DNA from: Syntrophomonadaceae bacterium | GTDB lineage: Bacteria; Bacillota; Dethiobacteria; DTU022 | Length of the DNA stretch: 64,000 bases | Reading direction: 5' to 3' | Assembly: GCA_007130825.1 (NCBI GenBank) | Contig: SLRT01000033.1 | Location: forward strand, 489-64,488 | In this document: piece by piece, positions 40,848 through 50,460 of the stretch | Layout: each line of letters begins with the position of its first letter | How positions within the stretch are numbered: position 1 is the stretch's first letter | Position numbers and translations under genes: made by a program | The notes under the pieces: model-generated | Databases searched by the model: none | What the model was told of the DNA's origin: nothing | The model's input: the letters and a program-made list of their open reading frames with translations, nothing else

Positions 40848-43007
40848 TTGAAAAAACGGGAAAATGCTACTAAGATCCTGCGAAACAAGATCATAAATTT
40901 ACTACAGAACAGCCGCCAGGCATCGCTTACTTTAAAGCAAATTATTGCCGGTCTTGGAATGGAACAGCAGGATAAAAGTATCCTTAGAGATGAACTAAAA
41001 AAAATGGGCGAAGAAGGCCTGTTGATCAAAACTGAAGGCGGCCGTTACGGTTTGCCCGAACGCCTCGATATTCTGACCGGGGTCCTTCAGGGTCACCGCC
41101 GTGGTTTTGCTTTCTTGCGTCCTGAACAAGAACGTGAGGATGTGTTTATCAGCTCTAAAAATCTGCATGATGCCGCCCATGGAGACAGGGTGCTTGTTAA
41201 GCTTAACCAGAAAAAGAGCAGGCGGCGAAGAGAAGGCACAGTTATAGGTATCCTCAGGCGCGGACAAAGCCGGCTGGTAGGAACTCTCCACCGTGAAGGT
41301 AAAATATATTACGTGATTCCCGACGATCAACGTTTTCCAGGCTCTGTCCAGGTTGCTATGAAAGGCATGAAACATGTACGAACCGGGGACAAGGTGGTCG
41401 TTGAAATTCAAAAATGGGCCCAGGGAAAAAGAGCTTCCCGGGGCAGAATAGTTGAACATATCGGACCGGCCGGCAGTTTCCGTACAGAGCAGCTGACCTT
41501 TAAACACCGGTTTGATTTGCCCGGTAAACATCCGGAGCCGGTTATGAAAGAGCTCGAAACACTACCCGGTGAAGAATATATCTCGCGAATTGCTGAGGAA
41601 CAGGGGCGCAGCGATCTTAGCGACCTAAAAATGGTCACTATCGATGACGAGCAGGCCCGTGATTTCGATGATGCAATTTCGCTGGAAAAAATTGATGAAA
41701 AGACTTTTCGGCTCGGAGTGCATATCGCCGATGTCTCGCAATATGTGCAACGGGGCAAGCCGCTTGACCGGGAAGCCCTGAAAAGGGGAACCACCATATA
41801 CCTGGTTGAAAGGGCTATCCATATGCTTCCCCCCATGCTTTCGGAAAATATATGCAGTTTGCAGGCTGGTAAAGATCGCCTGGCGGTCAGTGTGTTTATG
41901 GATATTAATGAAGAAGGCAGCCTCATTAATGCCCGGTTTAAACCCAGTCTGATCCAGGTCACTGAGCGCCTGACATATCAGCAGGTTGAGGCCTACCTGT
42001 CGGACAAGGAAAAGCACTCGCCGTTTAAAGATAATTCAACGGCCGACATGATCGATCAGATGGTTCGCCTCGCTGAGGTGCTGAGAAACCGGCGCTTGCA
42101 GCGCGGAACCCTGGATCTTGATATACCGGAAGCGCGTATTGAGATAGACGATAACGGCGTTCCCCTCACAGTTGAGAAACGCGTTATGGGCCGCTCGGAA
42201 TCCTTGATCGAAGAGTTCATGATTTACTGCAACGAGACAGTCGCCGAATATTTAAACGGAAAAAAATTACCATGTGTATACCGCATCCATGCGGTTCCTA
42301 CTGAGGAAAAGCTGACTTTGTTAAGGGAAACCCTCACTTTGATGAATGTCAAAGCTGCGGGAAATATTAAAGTTTTAAAGCCCAAACACTTAAAGAAGCT
42401 ACTGGAGGATACCAGGGGAGAAAAAGCGGAACGGCTGGTTCGTTACCTGATTTTGCGCTCACTGCCCCAGGCTTGTTACAGCGCATATAATGAAGGCCAT
42501 TTCGGCCTGGCCTCAGAATGTTATTGTCATTTTACTTCGCCGATCAGGCGTTATCCTGACCTGGTAGTTCATCGTATTTTAAAGCAGCATTTGTCACCAG
42601 GCGGATTTTCCGGGGAAAAAGCAAAGCGCTTGCAATCCCGTTTACCGGCTATAGCCCAGCAATCATCAGAAAGAGAGCGGGCGGCGGTCGATGCGGAAAG
42701 GGCCAGTATCGAAATAAAAAAAGCGCAGTACATGGAACAAAAGCTGGGTGAAATATATACAGGTATAATTAACGGGGTAACCAATTTCGGCCTATTTGTC
42801 GAGCTGGATAACACTGTGGAGGGAATGATTCCGGTTACCGAATTAAGTGACGACTACTATATATATAACGAAAAGGCGGCAGCCCTGACCGGCGAAAGAA
42901 CCCGGAAAACATACCGGCTGGGTGATACTATCGAGGTGCAGGTAATTCGGGCAAACAGGGAGGAAGGCAAAGTAGCCTTTGCCCCGGCTGAAAAGGAGGT
43001 TGTTTGA
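40848..43007 (+). CDS. rnr: Ribonuclease R.
   Basis: Cold-shock/OB N-terminus, RNB catalytic domain, C-terminal S1 domain (GIINGVTNFGLFVEL). Confidence 0.9.
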   Translation: MKKRENATKILRNKIINLLQNSRQASLTLKQIIAGLGMEQQDKSILRDELKKMGEEGLLIKTEGGRYGLPERLDILTGVLQGHRRGFAFLRPEQEREDVFISSKNLHDAAHGDRVLVKLNQKKSRRRREGTVIGILRRGQSRLVGTLHREGKIYYVIPDDQRFPGSVQVAMKGMKHVRTGDKVVVEIQKWAQGKRASRGRIVEHIGPAGSFRTEQLTFKHRFDLPGKHPEPVMKELETLPGEEYISRIAEEQGRSDLSDLKMVTIDDEQARDFDDAISLEKIDEKTFRLGVHIADVSQYVQRGKPLDREALKRGTTIYLVERAIHMLPPMLSENICSLQAGKDRLAVSVFMDINEEGSLINARFKPSLIQVTERLTYQQVEAYLSDKEKHSPFKDNSTADMIDQMVRLAEVLRNRRLQRGTLDLDIPEARIEIDDNGVPLTVEKRVMGRSESLIEEFMIYCNETVAEYLNGKKLPCVYRIHAVPTEEKLTLLRETLTLMNVKAAGNIKVLKPKHLKKLLEDTRGEKAERLVRYLILRSLPQACYSAYNEGHFGLASECYCHFTSPIRRYPDLVVHRILKQHLSPGGFSGEKAKRLQSRLPAIAQQSSERERAAVDAERASIEIKKAQYMEQKLGEIYTGIINGVTNFGLFVELDNTVEGMIPVTELSDDYYIYNEKAAALTGERTRKTYRLGDTIEVQVIRANREEGKVAFAPAEKEVV

Positions 43008-43549
43008 TGGATATCATCAAAGCTTTGCAGGAACGAAGAAGTGTGCGGAAATATAAAACTGACCCGGTGCCTGAAGAGAAAATTAAGTCTGTGTTAGAAG
43101 CAGCCCAAATGGCCCCCTCATGGAAAAATAAACAATGCTGGAGTTTTATTGTGGTTCGTGACCCCGGGCGGAAGGAAAATCTGGCTGATAGTCTGCCCGT
43201 AAGCAACCCGGCCCGCGAGGCGATCGGCCAGACGGCACCAGTTGTTATTGTTCTTTGCGCCGATACCAGGGCTTCGGGAGACAAGGATGGTAAAGATTAC
43301 TATATGCTCGATGCCGGACTGGCCATGCAGCAGTTGATGCTTGCTGCTTACGCTGAAGGGCTTGGAACTTGCTGGGTCGGCTTGTTTGATGAGGGCAAAG
43401 CCAGTGAAGTTTGCTCTGTACCCTCTGAGTACAGGGTGGTGGCCATGACACCGCTCGGAGTTCCTGAAAAGGTACCGGCTCCGCGTCCGCGTAAAGAAAT
43501 GACGGAATTTGTCTATGCCGAAGAATGGGATCAGCCTATTTCATTTTAA
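43007..43549 (+). CDS. Nitroreductase family protein.
   Basis: RRSVRKY, the nitroreductase fold. ATG 43007 overlaps the rnr stop and has RBS AAGGAGG. Confidence 0.8.
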   Translation: MDIIKALQERRSVRKYKTDPVPEEKIKSVLEAAQMAPSWKNKQCWSFIVVRDPGRKENLADSLPVSNPAREAIGQTAPVVIVLCADTRASGDKDGKDYYMLDAGLAMQQLMLAAYAEGLGTCWVGLFDEGKASEVCSVPSEYRVVAMTPLGVPEKVPAPRPRKEMTEFVYAEEWDQPISF

Positions 43550-43586
43550 GTCGTAGCAGCTACTTGCTGTTACCCGTAAACGGAGA

Positions 43587-44060
43587 TTGAACGATGTGGA
43601 AAGAGTAATCAGTACCAATCGCAAGGCACGGCATGACTTTCATATTGAAGAGACATATGAAGCTGGTATTGTATTGACCGGCACCGAGGTTAAATCAGTA
43701 CGCAATGCCCGGGTTAATCTTAAAGACAGCTATGCAAAAGTTGAAAAAGGCGAAATTTTCCTGTATAATATGCATATAAGCCCTTATGAGCCGGGCAATC
43801 GCTTTAACCATGATCCAGTGCGCATTCGCAAGTTATTGATGCGGAAAGCCGAAATCGGCCGCCTGGCCGGTAAAATTAAGGAAAAAGGATATGCTCTTAT
43901 TCCCGTAAGGATTTACTTGCAGCAAGGCCTGGTTAAAATTGAGCTGGGTCTGGCGCGAGGCAAGAAGCTTTACGACAAGCGGCGTGATATCGCCGATCGA
44001 GATCGAAAACGTGAAATGGAAAGAGCTCTTAAGGAAAAATCAATCAAGGAAAAGATTTAG
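43587..44060 (+). CDS. smpB: SsrA-binding protein SmpB.
   Basis: [27 protein letters not shown] and a C-terminal basic tail. Confidence 0.9.
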   Translation: MNDVERVISTNRKARHDFHIEETYEAGIVLTGTEVKSVRNARVNLKDSYAKVEKGEIFLYNMHISPYEPGNRFNHDPVRIRKLLMRKAEIGRLAGKIKEKGYALIPVRIYLQQGLVKIELGLARGKKLYDKRRDIADRDRKREMERALKEKSIKEKI

Positions 44061-44073
44061 CCGGTTAAATTTT

Positions 44074-44424
44074 GGGGGCGTAAGGATTCGACGAGGGTTG
44101 TGGAAGCAGAAGTGGCAAGCCCAGGACCATGCCCTGGATAAAACATGGAACGGCTATAAACGCCAAACCTAATTACGCACTCGCTGCTTAAATAAGCAGC
44201 GCATCTCTCCTTTCCCTGGCCGGGGGAAAGGTAAGGGGTGTCAAAAAACCGGCCTACCAAAGCAGCGGTTGTCTCTCCGCTGTTTTGGGAAATTTAAAGG
44301 GACTGGCGCTCAAAGATCTTGTTTCGGGGAGCTTTGGGCGCGAGAAACAAAACCGGAACTAAGCTTGTAGAAACTTCTGCAGCCGGGCCCTCGGACGCGG
44401 GTTCGATTCCCGCCGCCTCCACCA
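44074..44424 (+). ncRNA. ssrA: Transfer-messenger RNA (tmRNA, SsrA).
   Basis: 5' GGGGGCGTAAGGATTCGACG and 3' GGTTCGATTCCCGCCGCCTCCACCA form the tRNA-Ala-like domain with a G3-U pair. The internal tag ORF ends ...PNYALAA-TAA. It lies immediately downstream of smpB. Confidence 0.9.
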
Positions 44425-44462
44425 AATCTAGGCTTAATATTTCTGCTTTAGTAAAGAAAGAC

Positions 44463-44490
44463 TTGCCTGTAGTGGCCGGGCAAGTTTTTT
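44463..44490 (+). terminator. Terminator after ssrA.
   Basis: CTTGCC-N10-GGCAAG stem followed by TTTTTT. Confidence 0.5.
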
Positions 44491-44549
44491 AAATGTCCAT
44501 TTTATCTCTATTGCTTAATAGATTTCTATTTGCTATAATACCTCTGCTA

Positions 44550-44625
44550 GGGCGTGTAGCTCAGCTGGGAGAGCACTTGGCTCGCACTCAAGAGGTCAGG
44601 GGTTCGAGTCCCCTCACGTCCACCA
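44550..44625 (+). tRNA. tRNA-Ala (anticodon CGC).
   Basis: Manual cloverleaf: acceptor GGGCGTG/CACGTCC with the G3-U70 Ala identity pair, anticodon loop CTCGCAC, T-loop TTCGAGT, and an encoded CCA. A TATAAT box lies upstream. Confidence 0.85.
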
Positions 44626-44630
44626 CTTCA

Positions 44631-44668
44631 AAGGGTTTTCGGGCGTTGATCAATGCCTGAAAACCCTT
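44631..44668 (+). repeat. Conserved tRNA-trailer hairpin, copy 1 (AAGGGTTTTCGGG...GCCTGAAAACCCTT).
   Basis: A 10-bp perfect stem with flanking blocks identical to the copy at 50272-50309. It sits directly 3' of the tRNA. Confidence 0.5.
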
Positions 44669-44696
44669 GTCATAAAGACAGAATGGAGGTTTTTAA

Positions 44697-46118
44697 ATGA
44701 ATATATGTAAATCCAGGCACCCTTTGAGCATTATCCTGGTGGTGGTTATGGTAATAGCCCTGGGTGTCATGCTTTCTGCTTGTGATGGCGGTGCCGATGA
44801 CGTCGAGGGCGCCATAAACATTCCCGATGACTATTCGACCATTCAAGGAGCAATTGATGCCGCAGAAGAGGGCGATGTAATCGTGGTCAGCCCCGGAACA
44901 TACAGGGAAAATATCAATTTTGGCGGAAAGAATATAACTTTGCGCAGTACTGATCCGGAGGATCCGGAAGTCAGGGAGCAGACAGTGATTGACGGCGGCA
45001 GAACCGGTTCGGTGGTTGTCTTTGAAAATGGAGAAGGTGAAGAAGCGGTTATATCAGGCTTTACCATAACCGGCGGGGGTGGAAACCCGGAAACACTGGA
45101 GTTTGAAATTGAAGGTGAAGTCCGGGAAGAGGCTGCTAAATATGGTGGTGGAATGATTATCTTAAACGACAGTACTCCCACCGTTAAAAATAATTTTTTT
45201 GTCAACAACGTTGCGGAGCGGGGCGGCGGAATAATGATTCATGATTCCTCACCGCTTATCAGCAATAATATGATTAATGGCAATACCTCTACCGGTGGCG
45301 GCGGTGGGATATTTATTGCTCATTCGCCTGCTGTCAGTATTATTGATAATGATATTTCTAGAAATATAGCTCAACGCAGCGGCGGGGGAATTGCTATCAG
45401 CGGTGAGGGAGAGGAGCCCTCAAACTTCGAGGGCAACAACATTTCCGAGAATCGTGCTCAAAACGGCGGTGGCTTTTCTATTTTCGAAGCCAACCCGAAT
45501 ATAAATAACAACAATATCCTTAATAATGATTCTTCTCAAACAGGCGGGGGAATTTTTATGATGAAAGCGTCTCCGGTAATTACCGGAAATGATCTGAGTG
45601 ACAATCAATCTGATTACCGGGGTGGAGGAGTTGCCGTTTCTTTTGAATCTTCACCGGTGCTTGAAGATAATATTATTATCGGTAACAATGCTGATAATGC
45701 CGGAGGCGGATTATTAATAAATATTAATTCCACCCCGCGGTTAGAAAGAAATGTAATTTCTGACAACCGGTCCCGTAACGGTGGCGGTTTTTTGATAAGT
45801 GACGGATCGACCCCGGAGCTGGTTGATAATGAAATTACAAACAACAACGCGGAAGGTAATGGAGCCGGAATTTATGTTACGGCCTCGGCGCCGGTTATCG
45901 AGGCTAATTCTATAAGCAATAATGATGCCAGAGGTGATGGTGGAGGTATCTATGCCGTTAACGAATCAACTGTGCTCGTCACCAACAATCTTTTTGAAGG
46001 TAACCGCTCCCGTGAAGGGGCGGCAATGCATTCATCTGAAGGCGCAATCCTGGAACTAAACGATCCGGACGACAATACATACGAAGACAATGCTCCTGAT
46101 GATGTCTATGAGGAATAA
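44697..46118 (+). CDS. Lipoprotein with parallel beta-helix (PbH1/NosD-like) repeats.
   Basis: Signal peptide with lipobox LSAC, many degenerate repeats of the type NxAxxGGGI, RBS GGAGG. Confidence 0.75.
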   Translation: MNICKSRHPLSIILVVVMVIALGVMLSACDGGADDVEGAINIPDDYSTIQGAIDAAEEGDVIVVSPGTYRENINFGGKNITLRSTDPEDPEVREQTVIDGGRTGSVVVFENGEGEEAVISGFTITGGGGNPETLEFEIEGEVREEAAKYGGGMIILNDSTPTVKNNFFVNNVAERGGGIMIHDSSPLISNNMINGNTSTGGGGGIFIAHSPAVSIIDNDISRNIAQRSGGGIAISGEGEEPSNFEGNNISENRAQNGGGFSIFEANPNINNNNILNNDSSQTGGGIFMMKASPVITGNDLSDNQSDYRGGGVAVSFESSPVLEDNIIIGNNADNAGGGLLININSTPRLERNVISDNRSRNGGGFLISDGSTPELVDNEITNNNAEGNGAGIYVTASAPVIEANSISNNDARGDGGGIYAVNESTVLVTNNLFEGNRSREGAAMHSSEGAILELNDPDDNTYEDNAPDDVYEE

Positions 46119-46373
46119 ATATTGCAAGTTTTCGATTACCCGAATATTTATCTGTGATCAAAGCAAACATGACTGGAAATCAGGGTAAAAATGCTTCGAA
46201 TGAACGATCTGTTAATGGCTGCCCGTATTGCTTCGGGCAGCCTTTATCAAGGGTGCTGATGCAATTTGTTTTTCACCTTTTTATGGATTTAAATAAGGGA
46301 AAGCAGGATGGCAGGTGTGTTTTACGGGGTAGTTTGAAGGATCGGAGTAGATTGTGTAGAAATTTATCCTAAC

Positions 46374-49130
46374 ATGTCTGCAGAGTCGCCTATGGAGGGT
46401 ATGAATTTGGCGGGTAAAGTGTCTGGCAAGGGAAAAAAGAAAAAGCAGGTTGGCGCAGCAGTAAAAAATGATAATACCAAAAATGTTCGGCGAGGCCGGT
46501 CAGAAAGCATAAACGGCATGCGGCCAAAGGTTGAAAAAGCAGCCCTGGCAATAATGCTTGTCCTGATTGCGCTGTTATTGCTGGTTCCGCCCTTTCAACG
46601 TGGTATATTTTTTCCTCGTGAACTGTTACTGGCCAATATAGCGATATTTGGCCTGTTGATTGTTTGGGGCATTTTTCGCTTGTTTAGAAACGAAAAAAAA
46701 GTTATTGGTTCCCCCCTGGATATCTGCTTGCTGGTTTTGCTTTTTGCTTACGTGGTTTCTTTTTTTGGTTTGGCTCACCAACGTGATGCGCTTGAAGAAA
46801 CTCTGAAGATCGCATCGTACCTGGTTGTATACGTGGTAACTGTCGATATTTGTCGTTATTTTAAGTTTTCTTTGTATAAACCGAACTTGAGAGCAAATAT
46901 TGATCAGGCATATAAAAACCCTGATCATAATCTCCGGCCGGGAATACATATTGTCTTACACATTTTTTTAATTGCCGCAACCGTTGTTACTCTGGCCAGT
47001 CTTGGTGCAGCTTCCGGATTTTTGGAATTCCCCGGGGCTTACGTGATCAATCGGATCTCTTCACCGATGGGTTATGCAAATACTGCAGCCGCATACATGA
47101 TGGCCGCCTACCTGTTTACGCTTGCTCTTGCGCCCCTGTATAGTAAATGGCAAAAGGTATTTTACCTTGCACCTGCTGTTTTGATGCTGCTTACAGTTAT
47201 TTTAACTTTTTCACGCGGCGCCTGGTTGCTTTTGGCGCCTTTGTCCCTGCTGCTGGTTTTGGTTACCGCTCCCGGAGAAAGACTGCGTTCAGTTTGTTAT
47301 CTTCTGGTAACCGGGGCGGTAGCAGTTCCGGGGGCATTTCTGGTGGATCCCTTTTTCAGAGAGGACCAACCGTTCCAGGCCTGGCTGTTAATTGCGGCTG
47401 TAGTTGTTATGGTTGTCCTTTTGGGATTGCTGGCAGAATTATATCTTAGCCAAAGTCGCAGATTACGCATTTCATTTGCAGGAGCCGGAGCAGCCGTAAT
47501 TATACTGGCTGTTATGATCACTATTGTTATACCTGCGGTAGGACCGGTTCATCTTGAAAGAACTGCACAGGAGCCGGATGAACACCAAAACGTTGAACAG
47601 CATCTAGAGAACATCACCCCCGGAGAATCATATCAGCTGACACTGGAGGTTAACGCTGAAAAAGCCGTCCTGCCGGGGACTGAAGATCCTGATTATGTCT
47701 GGGGTTTAAGAGTTGTTGGAAGCTCTCCTGAGGAGGACAGCGTTAGACTGGTTAATCACCGCGGTGATACGACAGAGGGCTGGGAAGAAAAGACTTTTAC
47801 ATTCCGAACTGATGAGAAGATGAGCCGCCTTGAAGTTCAGATTTTTAACCGTTATTCGGGGACTTCTGTCACTGCCCGAGATGTTATCCTCAGCGCAGCG
47901 GGTGAAGAAGAAAAGCTGGACTTTTTCCTGCACCGTGCTTTGCCGGAACGGTTGTATAACCGAATTATTTCCGGTTCTCTCGATCGGAACATAGACCGGC
48001 GGGTTGAACTGTATGGTGACGCCGTTAAAATAATAAGAGATTACCCGGTTACGGGTACCGGCGGCGGCGGATGGAACGCCCTCTATCGCAGTTACCAGGA
48101 TCAACCATACAGTTCCAGGGAAGTACACAACCACTATTTACAGGTTTGGGTTGAAGCCGGGTTACTCGGGTTTTTAGCTTTTACCGGGATCTGGATCAGT
48201 TTCGCTGCGGCCTTTATCCGAAACTGCATCAAGCAAAGAACATCTCACCGGGCCTGGCAATTCTGGGCGGCCTCCTTTATTCCGGTTGCCGCCCTGGGGG
48301 CACACAGCATTATCGATTGGAATTTTTCCATGGCTGCTGTGGGGATCGTTTTGTTTGTTTTGCTCGGCGCCGGCCGCAGCCTTGATGACAGCAATTGGTT
48401 CGGCCGGTTTCAAGGTGAAAGTGAAGGAGGAGGCAAACGCGCTTCGTATGTCGGAATTGCCGGGATTATTGTCGGATCGTTACTGTTTATTTTTACCATC
48501 ATGCTGCTTTACGGTTTGGATGCTACCGGGCGTTCGCAGGAGCTTATGGAGCGGAGTAATGTAGGAGAGGCCAAGGAAGAAATGCAAAAAGCCATGCAGG
48601 CGGATCCTTTTCGTTCAGACAACTACCATAACCTGAGTGTAATAATTGAAAATCGGGCGCATCAGACAGGATCGCCGGCCGATATTGAAAAAATGATTTC
48701 CCTGGCCGAACGGGCTTATGAACTTGAACCTTATGATCCGCAATATGTTGTCCGTTACGGCAGTTTACTTATACGCCATGTCGAAATTGAAAAGGGTATC
48801 GGGATTATCGATCGGATCACCGACCTGCGTCCTTTTAGGGAAAGCAGTTACCTGGAACCGGCTTCTATCCGTTTACAAATTGCCGAATTTTACCTGGAAA
48901 ACAACAACCGGCTTTTAGCGGAAAGGTTCCTTAACGAGATCCTGGAACTTGAGCAGGTGATGAAAGAAAATTATGGTGACAGTGAACCCCTGGCATTCTT
49001 TTTGGGCCGGGCCCATTATTTACTGGGAGATTTCAGGTCCGCAGCGCATTATTATGAAAAAGTTGAGGAGAAAGATGATTACTACGATGAAGCCCAAAGT
49101 GATCTTGAAGAAATTCGAACTGAAGAGTAA
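46374..49130 (+). CDS. Large polytopic membrane protein with an O-antigen ligase/Wzy_C-like domain and C-terminal TPR repeats. The true start may be internal, at about 46518.
   Basis: TFSRGAWLLLAPLSL is a Wzy_C-type motif. There are about 12 TM helices and a C-terminal TPR-like region. The N-terminal 48 aa are low-complexity and Lys-rich. Confidence 0.7.
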   Translation: MSAESPMEGMNLAGKVSGKGKKKKQVGAAVKNDNTKNVRRGRSESINGMRPKVEKAALAIMLVLIALLLLVPPFQRGIFFPRELLLANIAIFGLLIVWGIFRLFRNEKKVIGSPLDICLLVLLFAYVVSFFGLAHQRDALEETLKIASYLVVYVVTVDICRYFKFSLYKPNLRANIDQAYKNPDHNLRPGIHIVLHIFLIAATVVTLASLGAASGFLEFPGAYVINRISSPMGYANTAAAYMMAAYLFTLALAPLYSKWQKVFYLAPAVLMLLTVILTFSRGAWLLLAPLSLLLVLVTAPGERLRSVCYLLVTGAVAVPGAFLVDPFFREDQPFQAWLLIAAVVVMVVLLGLLAELYLSQSRRLRISFAGAGAAVIILAVMITIVIPAVGPVHLERTAQEPDEHQNVEQHLENITPGESYQLTLEVNAEKAVLPGTEDPDYVWGLRVVGSSPEEDSVRLVNHRGDTTEGWEEKTFTFRTDEKMSRLEVQIFNRYSGTSVTARDVILSAAGEEEKLDFFLHRALPERLYNRIISGSLDRNIDRRVELYGDAVKIIRDYPVTGTGGGGWNALYRSYQDQPYSSREVHNHYLQVWVEAGLLGFLAFTGIWISFAAAFIRNCIKQRTSHRAWQFWAASFIPVAALGAHSIIDWNFSMAAVGIVLFVLLGAGRSLDDSNWFGRFQGESEGGGKRASYVGIAGIIVGSLLFIFTIMLLYGLDATGRSQELMERSNVGEAKEEMQKAMQADPFRSDNYHNLSVIIENRAHQTGSPADIEKMISLAERAYELEPYDPQYVVRYGSLLIRHVEIEKGIGIIDRITDLRPFRESSYLEPASIRLQIAEFYLENNNRLLAERFLNEILELEQVMKENYGDSEPLAFFLGRAHYLLGDFRSAAHYYEKVEEKDDYYDEAQSDLEEIRTEE

Positions 49131-49209
49131 TACTCCCGAAAGCTTAGCCAGGGATCATTATATTGACGAAATGATCTCAAAAACAGCACAGTTATCACGG
49201 GTACAGGTT

Positions 49210-50022
49210 ATGTTAAAAGGGTTGTTTGCGCTTTCAACTTGTTTCCTGATCCTGATCCCGTTGCTTGTTGCCGCCGGTTGCAATGCCGACCGGTCTAACG
49301 CCTTTAGTTCTGAAAATGGCGAAGCAGACTATAAAAATGGAAAGGACGTCAATTTCATGGAAGAAAATATTATTTTAGATGAATCAAAACCCTTGCTCGA
49401 TCAGAATATACCAAAACACCTGGAAACTGCTACTTTGGCCACGGGCTGATTCTGGGGCCCTGATGCCCGGCTCGGGCAAATGGAAGGTGTTTACAGGACC
49501 CGGGTTGGTTATGGCGGAGGCAGCCTGGATAATCCCACTTACCGCAATTTGGGTGATCATACCGAGGTTTTTCAGATCGATTATGATCCGCAGCATTTAT
49601 CTTACGAAGATATCTTACAGCTGTTTTGGGAAAATCACGATCCGGCCGCAAAGATCTGGTCCCGGCAGTACATGGCCATTATATTTTTCCACAACGCTGA
49701 GCAGGAAAAAGCGGCGCGTCGCAGCAAAGAAAAAGTCGAACAGCAAGTAGGTTCCACTATTTATACCGAGGTGCAGCCCTATACCAAATTTTACCTGGCT
49801 GAAGATTACCATCAAAAATATTACCTGCAAAATGTACCGGAGCTTGCCGGGGAAATTAAAGCTTACTATCCGGAATTCAGCGATTTTGTCAATTCAACTG
49901 TCGCTGCCCGGCTTAATGGTTTAGTTGGCGGTTACGGAGATGCTGCCCTGCTGGAGAAAGAGCTTGACAGCTACGGCCTTTCTTCCCGTGGACGGGAACT
50001 GCTGCAGGATATCGTATATTAA
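49210..50022 (+). CDS. msrA: Peptide methionine sulfoxide reductase MsrA, selenocysteine-containing (UGA at 49447-49449), with an N-terminal lipoprotein-type signal peptide.
   Basis: Translation across the TGA reads ETATLATG-U-FWGPDARLGQMEGVYRTRVGYGGG...GDHTEVFQIDYDP...LFWENHDP, so the MsrA catalytic GCFWG motif has TGA at the Cys position. A hairpin GCCCG-GCT-CGGGC lies 15 nt downstream. The N-terminus is MLKGLFALSTCFLILIPLLVAAGC. Confidence 0.8.
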
Positions 50023-50115
50023 ACTTAATTACGCTTTTCCGTGCGGTTGGGAGATTATAAGGGTAACACAAGCGCAAAATGGTTATAATTCCCATAATGA
50101 TTACGCGGGTACATG

Positions 50116-50144
50116 TTGACAATTAATAAATGGTTAGCTATAGT
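50116..50144 (+). promoter_or_regulatory. Sigma-A promoter for tRNA-Val (TTGACA-17-TATAGT).
   Basis: Consensus -35 at 50116-50121 and -10 at 50139-50144, about 45 nt upstream of the tRNA. Confidence 0.45.
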
Positions 50145-50187
50145 ATGGTTACGATCTAGGTATAAGCAAATTAAAATGGGACAGTTG

Positions 50188-50262
50188 GGGGACGTAGCTC
50201 AGTGGGAGAGCGCTTGATTCACATTCAAGAGGCCGTGGGTTCAAAACCCTCCGTCCCCACCA
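50188..50262 (+). tRNA. tRNA-Val (anticodon CAC).
   Basis: Manual cloverleaf: acceptor GGGGACG/CGTCCCC, anticodon stem CTTGA/TCAAG with loop TTCACAT, T-loop TTCAAAA, encoded CCA. There is one U-U mismatch in the T-stem. Confidence 0.75.
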
Positions 50263-50271
50263 GCAGAATCA

Positions 50272-50309
50272 AAGGGTTTTCGGGATGTTAAAAACGCCTG
50301 AAAACCCTT
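50272..50309 (+). repeat. Conserved tRNA-trailer hairpin, copy 2.
   Basis: Same TCAAAGGGTTTTCGGG...GCCTGAAAACCCTT architecture as 44631-44668. Confidence 0.5.
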
Positions 50310-50460
50310 TATGCTGCCAGCTGAGAACAACTTAAACAAAACTGATGACTATAATAATGCGCAGAAAGTGATCGATGTTCCAGGACGGTATAAGTATGAT
50401 TTGAATTTTATAACGGATTTAAAGTAATCTAAATATTTATTAACACAGGAGGGCAAAATA

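Noticed and set aside
46154-46372. A 72-aa ORF in the spacer before the O-antigen-ligase-like gene.
   Set aside because: It has no RBS and spans a strong hairpin (GGCTGCCCG...CGGGCAGCC) that looks like a terminator or structural element rather than coding sequence.
48973-49449. A 158-aa ORF overlapping the 3' end of the O-antigen-ligase gene.
   Set aside because: It is not an independent gene. Its 3' portion is the N-terminal part of msrA up to the UGA-Sec codon, and its 5' portion overlaps the upstream gene and is probably untranslated.
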